DNA from: an archaeon
Lineage (GTDB): Archaea; Nanobdellota; Nanobdellia; Woesearchaeales; UBA9642
NCBI GenBank assembly: GCA_020057295.1
Contig: JAGVGF010000006.1
Coordinates: 32,001 to 96,000, forward strand
Reading direction: 5' to 3'
DNA length: 64,000 bases
A program made the translations under genes and the position numbers. Of the stretch, positions 47,138 to 56,735 are shown piece by piece; position 1 is the stretch's first letter; each line of letters starts with the position of its first letter. The notes under the pieces are model-generated. The model saw only the letters and a list, made by a program, of their open reading frames with translations. It had not been told where the DNA came from and did no database searches.

Positions 47138-49318
47138 ATGGGAGAAAAAATGGTTGATCGCGTTATGCGAATCATGAACAAGCCTGACTTTATTAGAAAT
47201 ATTGCCACATGTGCACATATTGATCACGGTAAGACAACATTCTCAGATAACTTACTTTTTGGTGCTGGTATGATGTCACAAGAACTTGCTGGAAAAGCAT
47301 GTGTTCTAGATTTTCACGAAGATGAGAAGGCTAGAGGAATCACAATCGATGCAGCAAACGTTTCAATGGTACACGAGTGTGAAGGAGAAGAATATCTAAT
47401 TAATTTAATTGATACTCCTGGACACGTAGATTTCGGTGGAGACGTAACAAGAGCAATGAGAGCAGTAGATGGTGCAATAGTATTATGTTGCGCTGTTGAA
47501 GGAATCATGCCACAAACAGAGACAGTATTGAAACAAGCATTAAGAGAGCGAGTTAAACCGATATTATTCATCAATAAAGTTGACAGATTAATTAAGGAAG
47601 TAAAATTAACTCCTGAAGCAATGCAAGAAAGATTCATGAAGATTATTAATCATGTAAATAAATTAATTATAGATATTAGTCCAGACATGGGACCAAAATG
47701 GCAAGTAAATGTACTTGATGGTTCAGTATGTTTTGGTTCAGCATTTCATAATTGGGCAATGAGTGTTCCTTACATGAAAAAGAAAGGATTAACATTCAAA
47801 ACAATAATTGAAGCATATGATAACGATAGTTGGAAAGAATTAAAGAATATAGCACCTTTACATGAAGTAATTCTAGATGCTGTAATTCAACATCATCCAA
47901 GCCCGGTAAAGTCTCAAGTATATAGAATACCAAAGATATGGCATGGAGAAGTAGATAGTACAATTGGACAATCATTAATGCATGCAGATCCAAAAGGACC
48001 ATTAGCATTTGTTGTGACAAAGATGACTATAGATCCTCAAGCAGGAGAAATATGTGCAGGAAGAGTATTCAGTGGAACTGTACGTAGGGGAGAAACTGTC
48101 AGATTAAACAGAGCAAAAACAGATGTACGTATACAGCAAGTATTCATTTACAATGGAGCAAAAAGAGAAATAGTAGACAATGTTCCAGTAGGAAACATCA
48201 TTGGAATTGCAGGTTTAAGAGGAGCATATCCTGGAGAAACTGTTTCATTTGGTGAAATGGATACATTCGAAGCAATCACACACATTTTCGAACCAGTAAT
48301 GACTAAAGCAATCGAAGCAAAGAAGGCATCAGACTTACCAAAATTAGTAGAAGTATTAATACAAGTCTCTAAAGAAGATCCTTCAATAGTAATTCAGATT
48401 AATCAAGAAACTGGAGAACACTTAATGTCTGGTATGGGAGAATTACACCTTGAAATTATAGAAAATAGAATCAGAACAGAAAAAGGAGTAGATATTCAAT
48501 CCTCACCACCAATTGTAGTATATAGAGAGACAATTACAAAGAATAGTCCGGGATCATTTGAAGGAAAATCTCCAAACAAACACAACAAGTTCTACTTTAC
48601 TGTTGAACCATTGAGTCAAGAATTAAGAGATTCAATAAAAGCTGGAAAGATTCCAACTGGAAGAGTAAAGAAGAATATGCAAGATTTATGGGCAGAACTT
48701 GAAGCCGCAGGAATGGAAACTAAAGAATCAAGAAAAGTTAGAGATGTATACAATGGAAACTTATTAGTAGATGGTACAAGAGGAATTGTACACATTGGTG
48801 AAGTAATTGAAATGGTTTCTGATATGTTTGAGGATGTAATGATGAAAGGACCTCTTGCAAAAGAACCATGCATCGGTGTAAAAGTAATTTTAGATGATGT
48901 AAAACTTCACGAAGATGCAATTCACAGAGGACCAGCACAAGTATACCCAGCAGTAAGAGAGGGTATAAGGGGTGCGATGATGCAGGCAAATCCATTAATG
49001 TTTGAGCCAACTCAAGTATTACAATTTGATGCACCGGTAGAATTTATGGGAGAAATCTCAAAGTTAATCAGCAGCAAGAGAGGACAATTATTAGACATGC
49101 AACAGGAAGGAGCACATATTGCAGTAAAAGGAAAATTGCCTGTTGGAGAGATGTTTGGACTTTCATCTGATTTAAGATCCGCTACTGAAGGACGAGGAAA
49201 CTTCTTCGTATTAGACCAGACATTCGAGAAATTACCTGAAGAATTACAAGGTAAAATAATCAATAACATAAGAAGCAGAAAAGGTCTAAAAGGCGGCGAA
49301 GAAGAGCAATCTGAATAA
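47138..49318 (+). CDS. fusA: Elongation factor aEF-2
   Basis: AHIDHGKTT, DTPGHVDF, NKVD, diphthamide motif DAIHRGPAQ. Confidence 0.98.
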   Translation: MGEKMVDRVMRIMNKPDFIRNIATCAHIDHGKTTFSDNLLFGAGMMSQELAGKACVLDFHEDEKARGITIDAANVSMVHECEGEEYLINLIDTPGHVDFGGDVTRAMRAVDGAIVLCCAVEGIMPQTETVLKQALRERVKPILFINKVDRLIKEVKLTPEAMQERFMKIINHVNKLIIDISPDMGPKWQVNVLDGSVCFGSAFHNWAMSVPYMKKKGLTFKTIIEAYDNDSWKELKNIAPLHEVILDAVIQHHPSPVKSQVYRIPKIWHGEVDSTIGQSLMHADPKGPLAFVVTKMTIDPQAGEICAGRVFSGTVRRGETVRLNRAKTDVRIQQVFIYNGAKREIVDNVPVGNIIGIAGLRGAYPGETVSFGEMDTFEAITHIFEPVMTKAIEAKKASDLPKLVEVLIQVSKEDPSIVIQINQETGEHLMSGMGELHLEIIENRIRTEKGVDIQSSPPIVVYRETITKNSPGSFEGKSPNKHNKFYFTVEPLSQELRDSIKAGKIPTGRVKKNMQDLWAELEAAGMETKESRKVRDVYNGNLLVDGTRGIVHIGEVIEMVSDMFEDVMMKGPLAKEPCIGVKVILDDVKLHEDAIHRGPAQVYPAVREGIRGAMMQANPLMFEPTQVLQFDAPVEFMGEISKLISSKRGQLLDMQQEGAHIAVKGKLPVGEMFGLSSDLRSATEGRGNFFVLDQTFEKLPEELQGKIINNIRSRKGLKGGEEEQSE

Positions 49319-49404
49319 ATATTTATTATTTTTTCTTTTATTATTTTATTATTCAACTTATTTCTAAACAACAACTATTTAAATAATCATTCTTATCGTA
49401 AGCT

Positions 49405-49713
49405 ATGACTTTCATCATTATATATGTTACACATAAGAATTTGAAAGAAGCAAAAAAGATAAGCTCGCATCTTCTTAAGAAAAGACTCATAGCATGCGTG
49501 AATTTCTTTCCAATAGAAAGTAATTATTGGTGGAATAATAAAATAACTAATTCAAAAGAGATTATCTCATTGTTGAAGACTAAGAAAGAAAATTGGTTGA
49601 AAGTAAAGTCAGAAGTTAAGAAAATTCATCCATACACAACTCCATGCATTATGAAGTTTGACGTTGAAGCAAATGATGATTATGAGAAATGGATTAATAA
49701 AGAAATAACATAA
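49405..49713 (+). CDS. cutA: Divalent-cation tolerance protein CutA
   Basis: RLIACVN, SNYWW, IHPYTTPCI. Confidence 0.9.
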   Translation: MTFIIIYVTHKNLKEAKKISSHLLKKRLIACVNFFPIESNYWWNNKITNSKEIISLLKTKKENWLKVKSEVKKIHPYTTPCIMKFDVEANDDYEKWINKEIT

Positions 49714-49892
49714 AATTCATTGCCAATCTATCACTTTCTAATGGAAAATATCCTCTAGGTATCTTTAATATATTCTCCTATACAAAAGCAAAATATTTAT
49801 AAAGGAACTAAAATTCCTAGTATCATCCCGTTGTTGGGGTAATTATTTAAAATAAAGTTATATTTAGCTTACAATATTAGGAGGAATGTAAA

Positions 49893-51203
49893 ATGGCAAA
49901 GAATAAGGAACATATAAATCTTGTATTCGTAGGTCACGTAGATCACGGAAAATCAACTACTGTAGGTAGATTATTATACGATTCTGGTAATGTAGACGAA
50001 CAAGCAATGAGAAAATTAAAGGATAAGGCTCAAGAATTAGGAAAGGGCGGATTCGAATTTGCATTCGTTATGGATAATTTAAAGGAAGAACAAGAGAGAG
50101 GAGTTACAATTGACTTATCTCACAAGAAGTTCGAAACTGATAAATATTTCTTCACAATAATCGATGCTCCTGGACACAAGGACTTCGTTAAGAATATGAT
50201 TACTGGTGCATCCCAAGCAGATGCTGCAGTTTTAGTATGTGGTGCAAACGAGATTAAGGGAACTGAAGGAGTTACAGAATTACCACCACAAACAGTTGAA
50301 CACGCAAGATTAACAAAAATCTTAGGCGTAGGACAATTAATAGTTGCTGTAAATAAAATGGATATGCAGGGTTACTCACAAGAAAGATTTGAAGGAGTAA
50401 AGAAAGCAATCACAGCATTACTAAAGACTTCCGGTTGGAAAGTTGAAAATGTACAGTTTATAGCTATTGCATCATTACCTGGAGAAAATATTGTAAAAAA
50501 ATCCGATAAGATGCCATGGTATACTGGACCAACATTATTAGAAGCAATTAACAATTTAGCTGTTCCACAGAAACCAACTGATTTACCATTGAGATTACCA
50601 ATCCAAGATGTATATAACATCACAGGTATTGGTGTAGTCCCAGTAGGTAGAGTTGAAACTGGTGTAATTAAGGTTAACGATAAGGTTGTAGCAGTTCCAG
50701 GAAGAGAAGGTAAAGGAGTTCCTGGAGATGTAAAGACTGTCGAGATGCATCACGAGCAGATGCCAGAAGCAGGTCCTGGTGACAATGTCGGATTATCAAT
50801 CAGAGGATTTGGTAAGAAAGATGTTGCAAGAGGAGATGTTATTGGTCATGCTACTGATGTTCCAACTGTAGCAACAGAATTCACAGCACAGATTGTTGTT
50901 TTAAATCATCCAAGTGTAATAACTGTAGGTTATACTCCAGTATTTCACATACATACAGCACAGGTTGCATGTACAGTTTTGGAGATTGTTAAACAATTAA
51001 ATCCTATGACTGGTGAAACATTGAAGGAGCATCCAGACTTTATCAAGAATGGAGACGCAGCAATTGTAAAGTTCAAGCCAGTACAACCATTAGTAATTGA
51101 AACTCACAAGACAATACCACAAATGTCAAGATTTGCAATCAGAGATTCTGGTTCAACAGTAGCAGCTGGTATGTGTATTGAAGTTGTCAAGAAACAAATG
51201 TAA
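49893..51203 (+). CDS. tuf: Elongation factor aEF-1alpha
   Basis: [24 protein letters not shown]. Confidence 0.98.
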   Translation: MAKNKEHINLVFVGHVDHGKSTTVGRLLYDSGNVDEQAMRKLKDKAQELGKGGFEFAFVMDNLKEEQERGVTIDLSHKKFETDKYFFTIIDAPGHKDFVKNMITGASQADAAVLVCGANEIKGTEGVTELPPQTVEHARLTKILGVGQLIVAVNKMDMQGYSQERFEGVKKAITALLKTSGWKVENVQFIAIASLPGENIVKKSDKMPWYTGPTLLEAINNLAVPQKPTDLPLRLPIQDVYNITGIGVVPVGRVETGVIKVNDKVVAVPGREGKGVPGDVKTVEMHHEQMPEAGPGDNVGLSIRGFGKKDVARGDVIGHATDVPTVATEFTAQIVVLNHPSVITVGYTPVFHIHTAQVACTVLEIVKQLNPMTGETLKEHPDFIKNGDAAIVKFKPVQPLVIETHKTIPQMSRFAIRDSGSTVAAGMCIEVVKKQM

Positions 51204-51270
51204 ATATTATTTTTATAATTTTTTTATTATTATGATATGATGAACTAACTGTTCACCATTGGAGTAAACA

Positions 51271-51582
51271 ATGCAGAAGGCAAGAATCAAATTAGCAAGC
51301 ACCGACATCAATAAGATTAATCAGACATGTGAGTATATCAAAGATGTCGCTTCAAAGACTGGCGTAGTAATTAAAGGACCAATACCTCTTCCTACTAAAA
51401 AGTTAAAGATAACTACTAGAAAAGGTCCATGCGGTAACGGTACAGCAACTTGGGACAGATTTGAAATGCGAGTTCATAAAAGATTAATTGACTTAGGCAT
51501 TGATGAAAGAGCATTGAGATTAGTCATGAAGGTTCCAATTCCAGAAGGATTGAACATTGAAATCGAAATGATTGATGAATAA
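51271..51582 (+). CDS. rps10: 30S ribosomal protein uS10
   Basis: [24 protein letters not shown]. Confidence 0.97.
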   Translation: MQKARIKLASTDINKINQTCEYIKDVASKTGVVIKGPIPLPTKKLKITTRKGPCGNGTATWDRFEMRVHKRLIDLGIDERALRLVMKVPIPEGLNIEIEMIDE

Positions 51583-51650
51583 ATACTGATTCTAAATTTT
51601 TTATTTAAGAACAATTCTTTAAAGTTTAATTGATTCACATTTTTGTGATT

Positions 51651-52118
51651 TTAATTTTCTATTAACGTCTCTAATGCTTTCAAAGCATAGAATTTTATAT
51701 CTTCTTTAATATCTTTTGCAGATTCTAATTCCTCACTAGTAAACCATTTACAGTTTTCTGTTTTTTCAGTTTCTGACAGAACAAGTTCATCTGTTTTCGC
51801 TTTAGCAAAAAATGTGAGTGTAACATGTTCATGATTCTCATTTATTCTGTGTCTATTCATGAATATTGGCGGTATAAGTTCTTTATAATTCGCATATTTC
51901 CATAAGGGATGATTATGATTAAAGTACAATTCAACATCTAATCCTACTTCTTCTTTAACTTCACGTATTGCCGCCTGATTTGGATCTTCATCTAGTTCGA
52001 TATGACCTCCGACGCTCAGCCATATATGATATTTATCATGCTTTCGTAAGAGAACCTTATTTTTATAAACAACAAAAACTTCTACACAGAAATCTATTTT
52101 TTCGTGAATGTGAGGCAT
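51651..52118 (-). CDS. NUDIX hydrolase
   Basis: GGHIELDEDPNQAAIREVKEEVGL Nudix box. Confidence 0.93.
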   Translation of the reverse strand: MPHIHEKIDFCVEVFVVYKNKVLLRKHDKYHIWLSVGGHIELDEDPNQAAIREVKEEVGLDVELYFNHNHPLWKYANYKELIPPIFMNRHRINENHEHVTLTFFAKAKTDELVLSETEKTENCKWFTSEELESAKDIKEDIKFYALKALETLIEN

Positions 52119-52209
52119 AATATTAAATTAGTATCATAATTTATAACTTTTTTGTTAATTGCTTTGCTTTTAGTAAACTTTATTAATATCTTCGATGAGT
52201 TTTATGTTT

Positions 52210-52953
52210 ATGTCTGATTCGATAAAAGTGGTGAGCTTTAATATAGAGTATTGTGCGTCTATAACTCAAGGTTATTGGGAATATGCTTTTTCTTGGTGGA
52301 AATATATTATACCGCATAATATTAATGCTATATGGAAAATTTCTGAATTAATTAATAAAGATGATATTGATATAGCCACATTCACAGAGATTGATGGTGG
52401 AAGTTATAGAACTAAGCATAAGAATTATCTTAATATAATGTCTCAACTAACTAATCTTAAGAGAAATACATTTTTCCCAGTACACAGTCTTGGTAAATTA
52501 TTTAATCAAGGTAATGGGATATTAACAAAATACGATTTGATAGAAGCTAAAAATATTAAGCTAGAGACTAATGGAGAAAATAGATATTTAAGCGTTAGTA
52601 AATTAAAATTCGGCGATACAGAAGTTAACGTGATGACTACACAATTAGCTTTAGGACACATTAGCAGAGTAAAAGAATTAAGACATATTGTTAGAATAAT
52701 TAATGAAACTCCTGGACTAGTAATATTTACGGGAGACTTGAATACACATAACGAAAAAGAATTAGATATATTAAAAGAGACTAGATTAAAAAGGATAGAA
52801 ACACCGCAAACATTTCCATCATGGGCCCCTAAAAAAAGGTTAGATTATGTATTTTACAGTCCTGAATTTGAGGTAGTAAATAGTTACGTTCTAGAAGAGT
52901 TAAAAATCTCAGATCATTTACCGATAGTTGCAGAATTTAAAATAAAAAAATAA
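52210..52953 (+). CDS. Endonuclease/exonuclease/phosphatase (EEP) family protein
   Basis: SFNI, TE, GDLN, TFPS, LDYVF, SDHLP. Confidence 0.9.
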   Translation: MSDSIKVVSFNIEYCASITQGYWEYAFSWWKYIIPHNINAIWKISELINKDDIDIATFTEIDGGSYRTKHKNYLNIMSQLTNLKRNTFFPVHSLGKLFNQGNGILTKYDLIEAKNIKLETNGENRYLSVSKLKFGDTEVNVMTTQLALGHISRVKELRHIVRIINETPGLVIFTGDLNTHNEKELDILKETRLKRIETPQTFPSWAPKKRLDYVFYSPEFEVVNSYVLEELKISDHLPIVAEFKIKK

Positions 52954-52963
52954 AGTAAAATAA

Positions 52964-54076
52964 TTATCTCACGCTAGTATATCCGCCCTTAATACCTTTC
53001 TTTGAGAATACTATCTGATATAATTGTATATTTCTACATCTAAACGAACCAGCGCAACTTAAAAGATAGTATCGCCACATACGATAAAATCTATCATCAT
53101 ATATCGGTTTTGTTCCTTTTAGTTCATGCCATGTTCTTTCAAAGTTTGCATGCCATCCCATCAATGTTTTATCATAATCAGCACCAAAATTGTGCCAGTC
53201 TTCAAGAGTAAAAAGTCCTTCAGCTGCTGCTGTAAGCTGTTTTGCTGATGGCAACATCGAATTAGGGAATATATACTTAGCAGTCCACGGTTCTGTAACA
53301 ACTACAGACTTATTTCCGGCAATAGTATGCAATAAGAATAATCCATGATCCTTCAAACATTTGTTTGCAAGCTCCATAAATGCTCGATAGTTCTTGTAAC
53401 CTATATGTTCACATAATCCTACAGATACTATACGATCAAACTGTCCGTGAGCTTCACGATAATCTGCTTCTATGAACGTTACAGGTAAACCTTTACACCA
53501 TTCTCTAGAATAAGCAATCTGTTCTTTACTAATATTGTAACTTACAACTTCACAACCGTATTCTTTTGCCATGAATCTTGCAAGTCCTCCGAATCCTCCT
53601 CCTAATTCAAGAACTCTCATTCCTTTTTTTAACTGAAGTTTTTCACATACTAATCTTAATTTTGCAACTTGTGCTTGATCTAATGTTTTTGCATTCTTCC
53701 AATATCCACAAGTGTACTGCATATTTTTGTCAAGCATTCTTGTGTACAATTCGTTTCCTAAATCGTAATGTTCCTGTGCTACAACTTTAGATTTAGATTT
53801 TGTTTGTTGATTAAACAATAACGATTTTATTGCTCCAGCCACAATTATTGTTTTTGAAACATGTTTATCTAATTCAGCATCTAATACTTTGTAGAAGAAT
53901 TGGTCTAAATCTTTTACATCCCACCAACCGTCCATATATGCTTCTCCAAGTCCTAAAGTACCTTGTGACAAAATTCTAGAGTATAAATTAGGATTATGTA
54001 CATGTATGTCCCACGTATTAGGACCATCAATTACGACTCCTGCATGATTCAACAATTTCTGTATTTTTTCTTTCAT
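52964..54076 (-). CDS. cfa: Cfa-family fatty-acyl-phospholipid methyltransferase (cyclopropane synthase or TmpB/TmsB-type methylase)
   Basis: LGLGEAYMDGWW, EHYDLGNELY, MQYTCGYW, VLELGGGFG, YIFPN, FYRMWRYYL; start MKEKIQ after gaggt. Confidence 0.92.
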   Translation of the reverse strand: MKEKIQKLLNHAGVVIDGPNTWDIHVHNPNLYSRILSQGTLGLGEAYMDGWWDVKDLDQFFYKVLDAELDKHVSKTIIVAGAIKSLLFNQQTKSKSKVVAQEHYDLGNELYTRMLDKNMQYTCGYWKNAKTLDQAQVAKLRLVCEKLQLKKGMRVLELGGGFGGLARFMAKEYGCEVVSYNISKEQIAYSREWCKGLPVTFIEADYREAHGQFDRIVSVGLCEHIGYKNYRAFMELANKCLKDHGLFLLHTIAGNKSVVVTEPWTAKYIFPNSMLPSAKQLTAAAEGLFTLEDWHNFGADYDKTLMGWHANFERTWHELKGTKPIYDDRFYRMWRYYLLSCAGSFRCRNIQLYQIVFSKKGIKGGYTSVR

Positions 54077-54144
54077 AATAAATACCTCGCATTTATTTTT
54101 TATATTTTTATTTCTTATATTTTGAATAATATCTGAGTTCAGAG

Positions 54145-55491
54145 TTATTTTCTCAAAACACATTTATCATACAAATTTTTAAATCTGTAATTAGCATCAT
54201 ATTTTTTCTTTAGTTTATCGTAAGTCTTTTTATTATATAACTCCCAAAATTTTTTCTCATCGTAATACGCTGTTGAATATAAAGATTTTTTTCCGCGGAG
54301 TTTCTCTACGATAAATTCTACTTTCTTGTTTAAGTATCCGTCTTCTTTACCTGTTTTTACTACATCCCAGAATCCAAAATTAATATATAATATTTCTGGT
54401 TTCATCACGTATAAATCGTATTTCGCTTTACCGTTAAGCGGTTGTGTTGGGCACATCCATACAGGAGCTATTCCTATCTCTTTTTGAAAAAAATCCAAAA
54501 ATTCTGGAGCGTTTGCTATAGGAATTTCTACATCTTGTATAACTGATTCTTTTTTTATTCCAAAAAATGCATCTATCTTTTCTAATATTTTAGTTTTTCC
54601 TGCAAATGCACGTATTTTCCAATAAGTTGTAGATTTCAAAAATTTCTTACCAACTAAAAATCTTACAATTTTATTTTGCACTCCAAAACTTGATGAACAC
54701 CAGAACCAGTCAGTATCCCATCTCCAGATATAATCTTTTATTGTTAAATAATCAGTAGTTTTTGTTTTTATCGATTTATAATAGATATTCATATAAGTAT
54801 AATCACTAACATAAGGAGCAGAGCTAACGCATTCTCCAATAGTTAGATACATTTCATTTTCACTAAATATAGATCCATCTACAAATGTCAAATCTTTTGA
54901 TTTTCTATATTTTTTACAATTAGAATTCACAGCATCAAAATAAGATTTAGAATTATCATATTTAGTGTGTGTTAACTTCACGTAAGGAAGTGTTTTTACA
55001 AGTTTGACTTTTAATCTTAATACATATCCAAATGTTCCGTAAGAGTTCGGAAATCCATAAAATAAATCTTTATATTTATTAGTTCTAGTGCATACGACTA
55101 TTCTTCCATCGCCAAGTAATAGTTCTAATTCTTCTATTGTTTCATGAACTAAGCCGTATTTGAATGATGAAGATTCAATCCCTCCACCAGTTGTTGCTCC
55201 TCCAATAGTTATGGATTTTAATTGTGGAACGACAGTCGGCATTAAACTATATTTTAGTGTCTCTTCTACTAATTCTTCGTACGTTGTCATTCCTTCTACA
55301 TCTGCTATAAGATTTTTTGAGTCAATATTAAGAACGTGATTAAAATTTTTTACATTAATCTTTTTTGCATTAACATCTCTGTGCCTAAACAGATTTGAAG
55401 TATCTTTCTGGAGAACAACTGCACCATCAATTGATTTAAATTCTTCTAATAGAATACGTTTACGTTCTTCAAAACCCCCATAACTATCCAT
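54145..55491 (-). CDS. FAD-binding oxidoreductase (VAO/DHCR24 superfamily), TmsA/TmpA/BfaA(Rv3719)-like
   Basis: TSNLFR, VVPQLKSITIGGA..GIESSSF, GFPNSYGT, WRWDTDWFWCS, QDVEIP, KSLYS; start at 55491. Confidence 0.88.
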   Translation of the reverse strand: MDSYGGFEERKRILLEEFKSIDGAVVLQKDTSNLFRHRDVNAKKINVKNFNHVLNIDSKNLIADVEGMTTYEELVEETLKYSLMPTVVPQLKSITIGGATTGGGIESSSFKYGLVHETIEELELLLGDGRIVVCTRTNKYKDLFYGFPNSYGTFGYVLRLKVKLVKTLPYVKLTHTKYDNSKSYFDAVNSNCKKYRKSKDLTFVDGSIFSENEMYLTIGECVSSAPYVSDYTYMNIYYKSIKTKTTDYLTIKDYIWRWDTDWFWCSSSFGVQNKIVRFLVGKKFLKSTTYWKIRAFAGKTKILEKIDAFFGIKKESVIQDVEIPIANAPEFLDFFQKEIGIAPVWMCPTQPLNGKAKYDLYVMKPEILYINFGFWDVVKTGKEDGYLNKKVEFIVEKLRGKKSLYSTAYYDEKKFWELYNKKTYDKLKKKYDANYRFKNLYDKCVLRK

Positions 55492-55542
55492 GAAATTATC
55501 AATAATAATGCTTTTAAAAAGGTTGCTAAAATGAAAGTATAA

Positions 55543-55667
55543 CGCCGACGCCCAGATTTGAACTGGGAAACCTTTCGGAAATGGTTCTTTTGGGCGAAAG
55601 ACCAAAAGTTTCGAAATAGCATTTCGCCATTCGAGACCATCGCAGTACCAGATTGTGCCACGCCGGC
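55543..55667 (-). tRNA. tRNA-Ser(CGA) with 43-nt intron (55587-55629) at position 37/38
   Basis: GCCGGCG acceptor, D/V/T arms identical to Ser(TGA) copy, ATGGT-CT-CGA-A[intron]A-ACCAT. Confidence 0.9.
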
Positions 55668-55758
55668 ATAGTATATGAGATAGATAACATCTTATAAATT
55701 TTCTCGAAAAATATATAAAACAGCATTGGTTTCAAAAAGTATACTTGGAGGATTAAGA

Positions 55759-56001
55759 ATGGATGATATAGAACCTTACGATCACTTAAGAACAATATTA
55801 AGAGCAGAAGGATTCATGGCAGAAATATATAGAAGTACTAAAGGAATATATTTAGGAATACCTGTAGAGCAAATAGCTCAAGATAAAAATAAACAAAGCA
55901 TGGTTAAAGAAGCAATGGATAGAATTGCTGATGATTTAGGATTACATCCAGAAACTCATATATGTCAACACAGAATACAAATAAAATATTCTTTACTATA
56001 A
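55759..56001 (+). CDS. Hypothetical protein
   Basis: ggagg SD then MDDIEPY; 80 aa. Confidence 0.65.
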   Translation: MDDIEPYDHLRTILRAEGFMAEIYRSTKGIYLGIPVEQIAQDKNKQSMVKEAMDRIADDLGLHPETHICQHRIQIKYSLL

Positions 56002-56059
56002 ATATGCGGCAGCTAGAACATATCGATAATTTTTTATAGACATAATATTCTCTAAATGT

Positions 56060-56716
56060 ATGGCGTCTAAACCTATAATTATTCCAGACAATAACAATAA
56101 TTATTCAATTGAACAATTAAGCGTTCCAACACATTATCGTGAATATTTAAGTAATGTAATGATTCCAAGAGGTCTTATAAAAGATCGTATTGAAAAACTT
56201 GCTCAAGAAATTCACGAAGATTATCAAGATAAAAGTATACATTTAGTGTGTGTATTGAAAGGTGGAGAAAAGATTTTTGCTGATTTAACAAATAGTTTAC
56301 ACACGTTAAATAGCAGATATGGTCAGAAAAGCATTCCTATAACACATGACTTCATCAAAGCTTCAAGCTACATCAATACACAGACAAGTGGTTCAGTAAA
56401 TGTATCTACAGATCATAAACAATTAGAAAGTCTCAAAGATAAACATATACTTCTCGTTGAGGACATAATCGATACTGGAAAAACGATAGTTGCATTGAAG
56501 GAAATAATATCGAAGCACAATCCTAAATCATTAAAGGTAATTAGCCTATTAATTAAACGAATTAATCACAGTAATGGTTTTGTTCCAGATTATTGTGGAT
56601 TTTCTATACCAAACGAATTTGTCGTTGGATACTGTCTTGATTATAATGAACATTTTAGAGATTTACAACACATATGTGTTCTCAATACTCTTGGAAAGAA
56701 TTCATTCAAAGCATAA
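56060..56716 (+). CDS. hpt: Hypoxanthine(-guanine) phosphoribosyltransferase, eukaryote-like
   Basis: CVLKGG, SSY, LLVEDIIDTGKT, FVVGYCLDYNEHFRDL. Confidence 0.95.
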   Translation: MASKPIIIPDNNNNYSIEQLSVPTHYREYLSNVMIPRGLIKDRIEKLAQEIHEDYQDKSIHLVCVLKGGEKIFADLTNSLHTLNSRYGQKSIPITHDFIKASSYINTQTSGSVNVSTDHKQLESLKDKHILLVEDIIDTGKTIVALKEIISKHNPKSLKVISLLIKRINHSNGFVPDYCGFSIPNEFVVGYCLDYNEHFRDLQHICVLNTLGKNSFKA

Positions 56717-56735
56717 ATATAATATCGCAAAATAT

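Noticed and set aside
55492-55605. N-terminal extension of the 486-aa ORF
   Set aside because: Overlaps tRNA-Ser(CGA); the real start is most likely ATG at 55491 with a TATA about 25 nt upstream.
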